A stretch of DNA of 63,313 nucleotides, filler included, from Octopus bimaculoides (taxonomy: Eukaryota), in the NCBI RefSeq assembly GCF_001194135.2. It is 4 parts of 4 records of this genome, joined end to end, with 100 filler letters (N's around TTAATTAATTAA, not from the genome) between each part and the next. Parts side by side here need not be neighbours in the genome. Positions count along the whole stretch, not along the records: positions 25,222 to 49,967 come from NC_068981.1; positions 50,068 to 60,069 come from NC_068988.1; positions 60,170 to 63,313 come from NC_069006.1; 1 more part is not named here. One strand, given 5' to 3'. The position numbers and the translations under genes were made by a program. The notes under the pieces are model-generated. The model ran no database searches. It worked only from the letters and a program-made list of their open reading frames with translations, and was not told the origin of the DNA. Numbering within the stretch: the first letter of the stretch is position 1; each line of letters starts with the position of its first letter. Positions 49,844-63,313 of this stretch are shown one piece after another.

Positions 49844-50479
49844 AGTAAAAATAAGTACAAAAAAAGGGTCTTGTATGATCGCGTATAGAGGAATATATTA
49901 TTTTATTTAAAAGAGTTCCAACTCTGTTTTTTATGTTTTATTTATATTCTTGTAAAATTAATGTGGGNNNNNNNNNNNNNNNNNNNNNNNNNNNNNNNNN
50001 NNNNNNNNNNNTTAATTAATTAANNNNNNNNNNNNNNNNNNNNNNNNNNNNNNNNNNNNNNNNNNNNATATCCTGAATGTACCCCACTTTCACTTCTCAG
50101 AATGTATGAGGAGAAATATGTTTGCGGGTTATTGACATCACGCCCTGGAGGAATGAATAAGATGACAGGAGAATATCATCAAATTTATACAAAACTGTTT
50201 GATTTAATATTCTTCTTTCTCTCTTTTTCTTTTCTTTTTCTGTCGTCTTCCTTTTCCTTTTTCTTTCTTTCTTTCTGCTTATTAAAACACTGACAAAAGC
50301 TGATGATGTCATTCTATCAACGTATGGACGCTGATTACTCACGTTCATAGTCTACGTTTGGTTTCTGAAATTTTGAATTTTCAATCACCTTTTGGTTTGA
50401 ACTTGAGAAAGACAGACGTTCTGTCGAAATGTTGTTCCAAAAATAAAACATCTAAAATCGCACTCTTCGTCTTGACTAT

Positions 50480-50570
<91 letters not shown>

Positions 50571-50812
50571 TCTTTTGCTTTGCATTTGTACAAGTTGGAT
50601 CCAAGTCTCACCCAGAGACCTCAAGCAAAATGTTTAGTGGCAGTTCATCTGTCCACAGGTTCTCAGTTCAAATTCTGCTGAGGTCCACTTAGCTTTTCAT
50701 CCCTTCAGATTCGATAAAATAAATACCAGTTGAGCACTGGGGTTGATGTAATCAAATTACCGTTCTCTTCACAATAGCCAGCGTTGTGCCAAAATTAGAT
50801 AGAATCATCATA

Positions 50813-50871
<59 letters not shown>

Positions 50872-51067
50872 CCTTCTTTTTTTTTTAATTCTATTAGTCT
50901 TGTTTACACACAAAACCCTCACAACTACACACATCCACACACATTTTTTTTGTTTTGTCCTGTGCTGTTGATGTTTTCCTTCATGTAAACCTTTGTCGAT
51001 AATAAGGAAATCATTATTATTATTATTATCATTATTATTAGTTTATTATTATTATTATCATTATTAG

Positions 51068-51117
<50 letters not shown>

Positions 51118-51431
51118 TGTTGTTGTTGTAACAATTATTATTCAGGTCTTGTGCCTATAGTAGAAAGGATTGTTGTTTGTTTTTCTTTTTTATTGCACAA
51201 TTAAAAATGCTTTGTCATGTTACTTTGCAAAGCAAACATCTTAATGTATAATTGTATTGTTATTGCTTTAAAGCAAGGCACCATAAAAGCCATAAAAAAA
51301 TCCCAAATGTTATAAATACAAACAATTGAAGAAAAGTCAAGTATGAGTAATTGTTACATAAATTATGTATGCATAAGCATTATATATGTAAATATATATA
51401 TGTATACATGTAGATACATACATATATGAAT

Positions 51432-51472
<41 letters not shown>

Positions 51473-51773
51473 CACACATAAATGTCATCATCATCATTAT
51501 CATCATCGTCATATTCATATTAACATATACTTTGCCATGCTTGCATGGATCAGGTTACAATTGTTGCAGTTGATTTTTCTACAGCTGGCTAATCTTCCTG
51601 TTATCGACCTTCACCTGTTTCCATGCAAGTTAATATGTCCCTGCGTCCTTTTGAACACAAAACGGTGGAATGGCCAGCCATAGCTTCATGGCTGATTGCA
51701 AATAAATGCTGCCGTTTACGTAGTGGAGATGTTTGTTAACATTCAGCAGGCAATGTCAAGACAAGGAGATATG

Positions 51774-51824
<51 letters not shown>

Positions 51825-51866
51825 GCTTGCATACACATGTACACATAAATGTGTGTGTATGAGTGT

Positions 51867-51930
<64 letters not shown>

Positions 51931-54900
51931 TCAATCACACTTAGCAGGCTTTCTTCAGTTTCGGTCTGCCAAATATATTCACAAGTTATTGGTTGGCCTT
52001 GGACTAAAGCAGAAAACTCCTGCCAAAGGTCCTATATAGTGGGATTGAACTCAAATTATGCTGTGGGACTGAACTTGTACCCATGTGGTTGGAAATAACA
52101 CAGCCACATGAATTAACAAGAGATGTTAAGAAACAGAAAGTTTTATTACAAATAAATCAAGAAAAGTGTACTGAATTGTTAAAGATCAAACCAAAGAATG
52201 GACAGCTTAATGTAAAGTTGATGAAGATAAACAGAATCATTAGGACAATGGACAAGATGCTTTGCAGCATATCTTCTGGCTTTATTCTCTGAGTTCAAAT
52301 TCTATCAAGGTCGACTTTGCCATTCATCCTTTTGGGGTCAATGAAATGAGTACCACTTGAGCACTGGGATCAATGTGATTGATTAGCCCCCTTCCCCAGA
52401 AAATTCAGGCCTGATACCTATAGTAAAAAAAAAGATAATATATATGGCCTCTTGCAAGAATAAATAGAGAGACTACTATATAAAGAGAAACTGAATACTG
52501 TGAGGGTAGCTTTACAACCACAAAGATGAGGGTAAATAGTAGATGTGCTTAAACAATTAAGGCTGCAAATATCTTTTAATATACAAAAGCAAAAAATCAC
52601 TTCAAAGTGTTAAATATCTAACCAATATACTTTACAAAACTCTTATACTAGATTAGAATTCTGTTATTGTAGATTGAAAACATTCTTTAAAATAACCTTT
52701 TCCTCTAATTTATTTATAGTGTTTGTCATTTCCCACAAAACTGAGAAGAATTTCATAACTAACTCAAAGTTTATTTCCTGACAAATCATTCCGGAAATTT
52801 TTGCATTTTTATTTCTCTGTTCCAACTACACATATTTTCCATCTTATTTATTGGTTTCAAATTTTTGTACAAGGCCAGCAATATCGGGGGATGAGGGCTA
52901 GTCGATTACATCAACCTCAGTGCTCAGCTGGTTCTTATATTTTATCGATCTTGGAAGGATGAAGAGCAAAGTTAACCTCAGCAGAATTTGAACTCAGAAC
53001 ATAAAGACAGACAAAATGCTGCTAAGCATTTAGCTTGGCATGCTAACAATTCTTTCAGTTCACTGCCTTGCCCATCTTATTTACAGAATCGGTGCAGGAG
53101 TGACTGTGTGGTAAGTAGCTTGTTTACCAACTACATGGTTCTGGGTTCAGTCCAACTGCATGGCACCTTGGGCAAGTGTCTTCTACTATAGCCTCGAGCC
53201 GACCAAAACCATGTGAGTGGATTTGGTAGACGGAAACTGAAAGAAGCTCGTTGTATATGTATATATATATGTATGTATGTGTGTATATGTTTGTGTGTCT
53301 GTGTTTGTCTCCCCCACCCCCACCAACATCATTGTCCCTATTTTTTTCTTGTGTCTGGTGTTTATTCTATTGGTCTCTTTTGCCAAACTGCTAAGTTACC
53401 GGGATGCAAACAAACCAACAATGGTTGTCAAGCAGTGGTATGGTGGTGACAAACAGACACAAAGACACACACACACACACACACACAACAGGTTTCCACA
53501 CAGTTTCTGTCTACTGAATTCACAAGACATTGGTCAGCCTAGGCCTATGGTAGAAGACATTTGCCCAAAGTACCATGGAATGGAAATGAACTCAAAACCA
53601 CGTGGTTGCAAAGCAAACTTCCTAACCCGCAACCATGCCTGCACCCATATGTATATATCCAACAAAATATCTCCCACCCCTGTACAAATCTATTTATAAA
53701 ACATATCAGACAAAGCAAGAAATAACAACAGCAACAACTGTAAAGAAAATTTTAAAAAAGCAACTTTAGGACTGATACAGTCACAAAACAACACCAGTTT
53801 GGTCACACATGAGCAATAAACCAACTCAAAATATATATTTTTTCCCATGCCTTCATAATCATTCAACCAGCAAGGCTTTCTTTTACTCTACATTTGACAA
53901 TAACAACAGCTTTAATATATACCACACCTACTCCAAGAAATACATCACCATCAAACATAACTGAAAATATTTCTTGTTCAACAGATTTTTCAAATAAGCC
54001 AAAAGTAGTCATTTTACTGGAAATAGCAATCAATCTCCTTTAGTTCACACTCTACAATCTTAAAATAAAATGTAGTCCACAGTAGACAAGATAGTTCTAG
54101 ATACACGATCTGAAGAATACATTTAACAATGTTTTACTCTAAATATAATGTCTATAAAAACAACGGGATTATCGTGAGTTACAGTTAGAAAACTTTGAAT
54201 AAGGAGATGGTAATCTCCCTTATATTAACAGCCATAAGCAGAGGGCACCACATGTAAATTAACAATAATTTATCAAAATACTCTTTGACCAGTGTGTCTG
54301 AAAGTAAATTAACCCTTTAGTTTTCGAACTGGCCATATCAGACCCAAATATTCTATCTGGCTTCTCACACTTACCCAACAATGTCATTCTAAAAATAAAA
54401 CAATCACAGCATCAGAATCTTGATGCTACAAGATAATGCATGATTTTATTGAAAACAATGTGAATAAAAAAGCATTACTTTTGAAAGAGGAATCTAAGTG
54501 CTAAAGGGTTAACCCTTTCAAAATGATGTTCTGCTGATGTTTCTACACTGAAGAATAACAGAGCATTCTTTTAAGTTGTTTAGTTGGGGGCTGTAACACT
54601 GTCAAGCATTACCTGCAAAATTGTGAAGAACAATCTGTAATTGCACAATGTTTATTCGCTACAAACTTTGTATTTAACTGTGCAGGAAGAAAATTCCCAT
54701 AATGCTTTGTGACTCAGTCTCCATTCCAAGATAGTCCTTCTCTCATGGTTAGCAATGTTTATACTTCACTATGTAATAACCTAAAGGTGGTGAACTGGCA
54801 GAATCATTAGCATGTCAAGTGAAACACTTAGTGGCATTTCATCCGTCTTCACGTTCTGAGTTCAAATTCCACTGAGGTTGACTCTGCCTTTCATCTTTTT

Positions 54901-55039
54901 GGGGGTCGATAAAACAAGTAACAGTTGAACACTGGGATTGATGTAATCGACTTACCCATTCCCCAAAATTGCTGGCCTTGTGCCAAAATTTGAAATCAGT
55001 ATCTTATAACCGAACTAATAATGGTTTGTTGTCAACCTT

Positions 55040-55900
55040 ATTGCTTATGTAGCTTAACAAAAGCCATAACAGTACCCAACATGTTTGCAAGACCTCTGAG
55101 ACTGGTGAGATTGATATAGGTGGTATCCAGTCTGAAAATATTCATGTCATTGTGAATTTGCCAAACAAGGGTGGAACAGACAGCTTGGAGGGAAAGGGTT
55201 CAAGTAAGCAGTTAGTGCAAGACCTGTAGATTAAAACAGAGTATAGTGAACAAGAGGAGGAAAAACATGCATTTTGAGTGGATTTGATTGGAGGTTGATT
55301 GCAACAAAACATACTAGTAGGAGGAGTAGAAGCTATTGTAGTAGAAGAAGTAGATTTGATTCTGAGGAGAAAGTGGTAATCCAGTGAAGTAATGATGATG
55401 AGTGAGTTGTTGTCAGTTGAATAGTTGTCTTTTGTGCATGATTTAGAATGTCTGGGTATGAACTGGAACTAACAGCCCACATATGAGAGCAATATTCCAT
55501 TGCAGGAAGGCGACAAGCTGGCAGAATTGTTAGCATGCAGGGCAAAATGCTTAGCAGTAATTCATCTGCCATTACATTCTGGTTTCAAATTCTGCCGAGG
55601 TCAACTTAGCCTTTTGTCCTTTTGGGGTTGATTAAATAAATACTAGTTACTCACTGAGATTAATGTAATCAACTTAATCCCTTTGTCTGTCCTTGTTTGT
55701 CCCCTCTATGTTTAGGCCCCTGTGGGCAATAACAAAATAAATATTCCATTGCAGGTCTTACTAAAGCACAGTCATTCAACAAATAATCAGAGTGGAAATA
55801 TTTTCTGTCCTTAAAGAAGAACATTTATCACTGTATATGAGACTACCAGGAAAGATGGTAGAGATTGCAAGGCCTAACATCTGTAGCACCTTGGCAAGTT
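55040..55900 (-). mobile_element. L2/CR1-like LINE 3' relic interrupted by a SINE
   Basis: Reads ALVRPAMEYCSHMWA once the SINE is removed. Confidence 0.65.
55507..55739 (+). mobile_element. Full-length SINE with 16-bp TSD
   Basis: AATATTCCATTGCAGG occurs at 55491-55506 and 55740-55755. Confidence 0.88.
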
Positions 55901-56902
55901 TTAGTTGCATATACATACATGCATACATACATACATCTGTAAAGATATGTAAAACTTTCCAAAAATTTAGCACATAAATACATATGCATGTATCTAGACA
56001 TGAAAATATATACATAAAAACACATCCATAAAACAAACATACAAATCTGCGCATACACTAATACCAAATACTGCACACACACACATATGCACAAATACCT
56101 AGATGATGTTGATAAAAGTTCCAATGAAGGAGCCTTGAATCTATGTTAGAGTCTGGCTCTTTCTCTGTTGACAAGAAATACAGAAATGAAACTGATTGAT
56201 AACATACATACATACATACATACATACATTTATATATATCCAAAATCAGGGAATGGGGTAGCTAAAATCCAGGCTACATATGTTTCATAGATAGTAAAAC
56301 CTCAGAAGTAGTAAATATCCAAATGAGGGGTAATCTACAAGCTACTCGTTGGGCCAAAGATAACAAATTTACATTGTCATCAAGGGACACCATGTTGACT
56401 CACAGGTGATTCAACCAAAAAGAAAAATTACTCACACGCATACACTTATTTCACACAGGAAGATTGGAAGATTGGACTGGATTGATTTAAGCAAAATGTT
56501 CCTTGTAGGTTTAATTAAAACTCTTGAATTCCCAATCCAAGAAGGAAGCTTCTAAAAGCACACTTAAAAGAAACAAAAGTAGATTTTGGATAAAGTAGTC
56601 CTAGTCTCTTTTGCCAAACCATTAAGTTATAGGGGACATAAGCAAATCAACACCAGTTGTCAGTCAAGTGGGGATATGGGACAATCACTGTACAAACAGG
56701 CTTCTTCACATTTTTGTCTAAGAAATTCACTTAAAAGCTTTGGGTTGGCTCAGGGCTAGAGTAGAAGAAACTTATCCAAGGTGTCACACAGTGGGACTGA
56801 AACCAAAATCCCATGGTTACAAAGTGAGCTTCTTAACCACACAGCCATGTCTGTACCCTTCAATAAAACTGCTCTGTGATTGATTAAACAGTACAAAGTA
56901 GA

Positions 56903-56975
56903 GAGAGTTGGTTAGGTGGAGAGTTGGTTAGGTGGAGAGTTGGTTAGGTGGAGAGTTGGTTAGGTGGAGAGTTGG
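56903..56975. repeat. 16-bp G-rich minisatellite (GAGAGTTGGTTAGGTG)x4.5
   Basis: Perfect units start at 56903, 56919, 56935 and 56951. Confidence 0.95.
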
Positions 56976-57219
56976 ATAAAAGGTAACCTTATATTTGTTT
57001 GTCAGATAAATGAGAGCTGCTAATATTATAATGCTGTTGATGGTACTTTCGACTGATGTTGTTGGGCATCATCATCATCGTCATCATCATCATTGTCACC
57101 ATCATCATCATTGCCATTGGCATGAAAAATGATGGATTTGTGAGAGAGAGAGAGAGAGAGAGAAACAAGGTTCTTAAAACAGAAATGTTCCTGGTGTGTA
57201 GGGAAACAAAATAAGGAGA

Positions 57220-57255
<36 letters not shown>

Positions 57256-57331
57256 CTGTGGCATAATACAAATGCAAACACTCACAAGTGATCACAACTA
57301 CCACCACCACCCAAACATATATATCACACAT

Positions 57332-57400
<69 letters not shown>

Positions 57401-57563
57401 TACACATAACATACATTCTTTTGTTCTCTTAAATACAGGTAGCCATAACGAACAAAAACAAAACAAACTACATATTAAACACACTCTTATAAACACACAT
57501 TGTCACACATGCACACATATACAAACTCCTGCACTTCCACTAACTCAGACACCTGCACACAGA

Positions 57564-57602
<39 letters not shown>

Positions 57603-58127
57603 ATACACACACGTACTCGCACACACACTCACACGCACACACAGACAGGCACACACATGCACATCCTCTATTCACAGAAGCCATTTCAGCGATGTTGTAC
57701 AATTAATCTTCGGCTGTAAAAAGCTCAATGGTCCATTGAACATTTGATAGCAAATAAAAGAAAACAACAATCACATCACAACAGCAACAATGAAGATGAA
57801 TAGCCGTGGCTCAAGTAGTGCAGACATGTAGAATCATCAAATAGTTTGCAGAAATTATATTGGTATCTTTGACTAATTCATACATGGTTGATGCTGGTTG
57901 TTTCTTTTTGTTGATGTTGTTGTTGTTGTTGCACATTATTTTTTATGGCAGCATCCCAGCTAATATAGACAGCTGAGTCAATAGTTTGCTTAATTTTATC
58001 ATTTTGTTTGTTTGTGAGTGTCTATACATATGTGTGTGTGTGTGTATAAGAGAGAGAGTGCAGGAGGGGAGAAAACCAGAGGGAGAACGTGCGCGTGTGT
58101 GTGTGTGTGTGTGTATGTGTGTGTGTG

Positions 58128-58160
<33 letters not shown>

Positions 58161-58301
58161 TTCCATTGCTGAGTCAACTCCTGTCTGCCTTATCTTTTTT
58201 TGTCCCTCTCTTTCTTTGTATATCCATATCAGCAACATATAGTATATAAACTCAAACAAACACACACACATGATATAACATACATGTATGCATACCCCCC
58301 C

Positions 58302-58352
<51 letters not shown>

Positions 58353-58654
58353 TACATACACATATATACATATACATATCAATGCACATACGAATGCACA
58401 CTACACACACATTCAGAGTACATTAAACAAATTATATACTTGATTCTAAAAATCACTATAATACTGACAATAACTGGAATTTTGCTGTTTTGATATAGGA
58501 AAGAAGACAACAGCAGCAGTAACAACAGCCTTTATAATGATGATGGGGTGACAGCATTAACTAGAATAATATATATATAGAGATGTACTTGCATAGCAAG
58601 TGACCTGATCTGAGATCGTGTGCTGGAATGAAAACAATTGCAGCGTGGAAGGTG

Positions 58655-58851
58655 TTTATAAGCCATTTAAAATAACACACAAAATCCGTTAGATTCACTT
58701 CAACATTTAAATTTAATTTGTCAAAATATTTTCGTGGTCACTGCTCAGTGACCAGGTCGCGGTCTCAAAGCGACGAAAATATTTTGACAAATTAAATTTA
58801 AATGTTGAAGTGAATCTAACGGATTTTGTGTGTTATTTTAAATGGCTTATA

Positions 58852-58853
<2 letters not shown>
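58655..58853. repeat. Perfect 81-bp inverted repeat (MITE or foldback)
   Basis: 58655-58735 is the reverse complement of 58773-58853, separated by a 37-nt spacer. Confidence 0.92.
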
Positions 58854-58882
<29 letters not shown>

Positions 58883-59442
58883 TAATCACAGTATATCCAT
58901 GGGTTTGATATTTTCACAGGTGAATGGCCTTCCTACCCATAGAAGCTGTGTAAAAGGTAATTGGGGGGAAGCCCTTATGTCCTCCATTTATTTCTTTTAC
59001 ATGTTTCAGGCATTGAACTATGGCCATACTGGGGCACCACCTTATAGAGTTTAGTCAAATAAATTGACTTCAGTACTTATTTTTTTAACTCTGGTACTTA
59101 TCTGATTGGATATCTTTTGCTCAGCTGCTGAGTTACAAGGATATTAAACAAACCAACACAGGTTGTCAAGTGGTAAGACACAAAGACATACATACATGCA
59201 TGCATACATATACATGCACAAATCTGCACATATGCATACATACATACAAAAATACCCTTTTGATGTTGTTGAAATTCCAATGAAGGAGCCGTGAATCTAG
59301 ATTAGAAACCGGCTCTTTCTCTATTGGCAAAAAATCTTGAAATAAAACATATATACGTGCATACATACATACATACATAAGTACGTACATACATACTTAT
59401 ATACATATGGTGGTGGTGGCGGCGGCGGTGGTGGTGGTGAAT

Positions 59443-59473
<31 letters not shown>

Positions 59474-60029
59474 CTTCAGCTGAAATAGACTCTCTATTTC
59501 AATAAATTTCAGAAATAATGGAGAATGTAATAAAATAATGTTGCTGTTACTAAGCTCATGTTTGGAACAATGAATTGGCATGAATTTTTAATGGGAAATT
59601 TTAATTTAGACTACTTTAAAACATGAATTTCGGAGCATGGACCCACGAGTAGACTTGGGCAGGATAGTATTCTAGTTTAAAAATTATTTACAGGAACGTA
59701 ACAGCTGGGCAAAAGTACCTCTTCACAAACCTTACACATGCTACAAAATCTTTAACAATCTTTCACGGCAACTACATGTCTATGACATAGTCAAATATAC
59801 ACCTCAAAAGACAGGCTTCATACTTCAAGTCTAAAAACTACTTCAGATATGAACAGCTGCTAATACTTTTGAAGGTACAAGTGTGCCTCATATTCAAGCA
59901 TTGCTCATATATCTTGGACAGAGCAGATGTTTCACACATACATGTACACACACACATACACACTTTCAAACACATTGACAGTTGCATGTATATATATATA
60001 TCATCATCATCATCATCGTTTAACGTCCG

Positions 60030-60069
<40 letters not shown>

Positions 60070-60670
60070 NNNNNNNNNNNNNNNNNNNNNNNNNNNNNNN
60101 NNNNNNNNNNNNNTTAATTAATTAANNNNNNNNNNNNNNNNNNNNNNNNNNNNNNNNNNNNNNNNNNNNTATATATATATATATATATATATATGGATGT
60201 ATGTATATATGTAGGGTGGAGCATGTTTTATGTATGAGAGAATTGTTGTGTGTGTGTGTGTGTGTGTGAGTTAGTAAGTTTAAGCCGTTGTTTTATGTTT
60301 ATTAGATAAAGAAAGTGTTTGTGTTGTGTGTCTGAACATGTTGAACGAGTAATGGATAGTCCTATGATAGCTTGTGTGCATTTTCTCAGAAACTGATAAA
60401 GAACTGGCAACTATTGAATTAATTGCTTCGCTTTGCAACACAAATTTCGGTAGGAAGAAACGAACGACCCTTTTGGGTGTAAGATTCGCAAGTTGAAGAA
60501 AGTAGTTTATAGAGGCGTTATATGGGGATTAAGATATATGAGTGAGAAGGATAGAATGAGGGTGAGAGAGAGGGAGGAAGAGGAGTAAAGATAAAAGGAG
60601 TTTGAGAGAGGGGGAAATGAAGGAGAGATAGTTTGAGAGGGATTGGTTTATTAGTTAGGATGAGTATATA

Positions 60671-61289
60671 CAGGGTGCGATGGGTAAATTGACGGCATTT
60701 TATAGTTTTACTTTGGCGCATGCGCACTGTTTTTTATTATTATTTTGACGCCAACACAGTATGGTAGGGACAGTTGGACACCGTCTGTGAGAAAAACAGA
60801 ACCATGACGCAATTCACTCTGTCAGAAATTTGGACACGACATGCTGTACTGCTTGGCCATTGCACCTGAAGCTTCAATACAAACATTTCAGAGTGTTTGG
60901 GTGTCAGTCTGATAAAAATCAAGCATCCAGTCAACATCATGGTGTTTGGAGTGATCACGAGTGATGGCGACGTTAAATCGCCTTGATTATTGTGTGTGGT
61001 GCGCAGTTGAGCAAGGGACCAACAAAACTCCTTGTACCACCAAAGGTGAACTGAAGGCAAGGATTATGGCAGCATTCACCATCTTAAACAGGGAGACCAT
61101 CCAGAAGAGTTGCAGGTGATTCTGAAGTCGTCTGGAGGCTGTGGTTGAAGCCAATTGCGATTTTCTTGAATTAATTTACTCTTTAGTATTTCAAGATATT
61201 TTTATGTAATTTTGGTAAATATATCTGTGAAAATGAGATGTCAGAGTTATCATTTTTGCCTAATTTAGACAACTTATTCACCGCACTCC
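60671..61289 (+). mobile_element. Internally deleted Tc1/mariner element
   Basis: TA-CAGGGTGCG start and imperfect terminal CCGCACTCC-TA. Transposase remnants KHPVNIMVFGVITSDGD and ELKARIMAAF..RLEAVVEA. Confidence 0.75.
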
Positions 61290-61596
61290 TATATATCTGC
61301 ACGCTCGCACATGTGTGTATATATTAGTACATATATATATATAGAAGCACCATCGGACCATCGAATCTAACAACAACCGATAAACTTCTATATAACTTCA
61401 ACGAACGTGGTGATAGAAATAATCGGTCGTAAAACATCAGTCAGTTCCACACTTCTACCCTGAGGAGGATATTTAGAGTCCCAAAGTAGATTAATCGTTT
61501 TCATAATAAATTTATTAAATAATATACCCATGTTAACCAGGCGCGTGGTGCATAACGTTATTGAGATATACATGTATGTATATCTCAATGTGAGTT

Positions 61597-61669
<73 letters not shown>

Positions 61670-62328
61670 GTATATATATAAACATACATACATACACACT
61701 CTCATATACATACTCGTATATTCAATATATGTATGTGTGTATATATATATACACACACACCCACGCATAGATATAGATAAATACATGCATACACACACGT
61801 GTGTATGTGTGGGTTTTTATGGATATATATATATATATATATATTTAATCTGACAGTCTTTCTCTCGTTCTCTCTCCAAATATGTGTCTGTGCATATATA
61901 TATATATTTAAGCTAGTCGTGTGCATACGTGCATATATATGTATATGTGCGTCCGTATATGTAAGTATACTGTTTATATACATGTATTTGTATTTATGTA
62001 CTGGAGTATATTCCACTGATGAAGGCAGAGCATTATTATTTATGCAGAGCCAGAAATCCAGGATTTGGAATTATCTTATTTTTACTGGTTCATTTGGTCT
62101 TCGTTTTCGCTAATCGTGCCATGCGGACATTTATTGTGGTTTTAGAGTCAGGATTTGACTGCTATTTTTTCAGCGTGGTGGTATCTCTTGATACCCTGTA
62201 TTATANNNNNNNNNNNNNNNNNNNNNNNNNNNNNNNNNNNNNNNNNNNNNNNNNNNNNNNNNNNNNNNNNNNNNNNNNNNNNNNNNNNNNNNNNNNNNNN
62301 NNNNNNNNNNNNNNNNNNNNNNNNNNNN

Positions 62329-62370
<42 letters not shown>

Positions 62371-63066
62371 ATAAAGTGTGTGTATGTATTATGTATATAT
62401 CATATGACTTCGTGGATGATACCAAATACATTACATATTCACGTTGATTTCCCTGCCTCTACATAATAATTCAATTTTGACATATTCAACTATAATTTCT
62501 ATGTTTATTTAAATTCCGATACCATTGTCGCAATTCTGCTACAGAATTCATTGTGTTCTTCGGCATCTTTGTTCATGCATATACATTATTGTATTGTATA
62601 CATAGTTCAATACCTGATGACAGAATGTGTGTGTGTAGAGGCGTGATAAAGAAAAATGAGGATATTCGTATACGTGATACTATGAGCGGTTCTCGATAAA
62701 TATATGCACACATCCATATATGTGTGCCTGTATTAGTGTATGTATGTATGTATGTATCCATGCATGTACGCTTGTATATATACATGTGTGTATACGTTTA
62801 TGCATATAAAAGTGTGGGGAGGAGAGAGAGAATTATACTGAAGTATAACTAGATTGATTAATCGATTGATTTTCAGAGAAATTAATGTATGTGTTCCTTA
62901 TACATAGGAACACATGATAGTATGGTGTATGTGTGTGTGTGTGTGTGCAACGGATAATCACTCTCACATTTCGTGTGTGTTTATGTATGTATGTGTGCGT
63001 GTATGTATGTGCATATATAAAGATATGTGTATGTTGATGCATGTATATATGTTTGTATGTGCGTGG

Positions 63067-63106
<40 letters not shown>

Positions 63107-63251
63107 TCAGATACGACGGATCTTTTTCAGTTTGTCTACAAAATTCGTTTAGGAAGCTTTGGTTGCCTTGGGGCTGTGATTAAGATGAGCACAAAGGTGT
63201 CAGGCATTAAGGCCTCTTACCACGCAGCCACATTTTCGCATACATAATATA

Positions 63252-63313
<62 letters not shown>

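Overview
AT-rich, microsatellite-dense eukaryotic genomic DNA with many N-gaps. The SINE/LINE content looks like an octopus (coleoid cephalopod) assembly, which is my inference from repeat recognition, not a search. (1) 735-13043 (+): the last 11 coding exons of exportin-T (XPOT), with all GT-AG phases joining into one open frame ending TFFSSLKS*. (2) About 13-33 kb: transposon-derived sequence, including tRNA-derived SINEs, hAT/piggyBac/Tigger/mariner MITEs with target-site duplications, an RTE LINE, a nest of four Penelope-like element (PLE) fragments, a Tc1 fragment and several long fold-backs. (3) 33.06-47.6 kb (-), the main discovery: a tandem array of 12 homologous, frame-symmetric phase-1 micro-exons (78, 63 or 141 nt), consensus EFEEDTIPEELESEAEDSEDLELETP, about 50% acidic. 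Ten have intact AG/GT sites and two have a damaged splice site. There are also truncated copies and one inverted copy. The exons are duplicated together with their intron sequence and embedded LINE relics. No single ORF in the six-frame track shows this array. The first and last exons of the gene could not be identified with confidence. (4) About 48-63 kb: R4/Dong, L2-like and Tc1/mariner relics, SINEs, simple repeats and two weak minus-strand exon candidates. Three 100-bp N44-TTAATTAATTAA-N44 blocks are scaffold linkers, so adjacency across 25.17, 50.02 and 60.12 kb is not supported by sequence. All coordinates were counted by hand and no database search was run.
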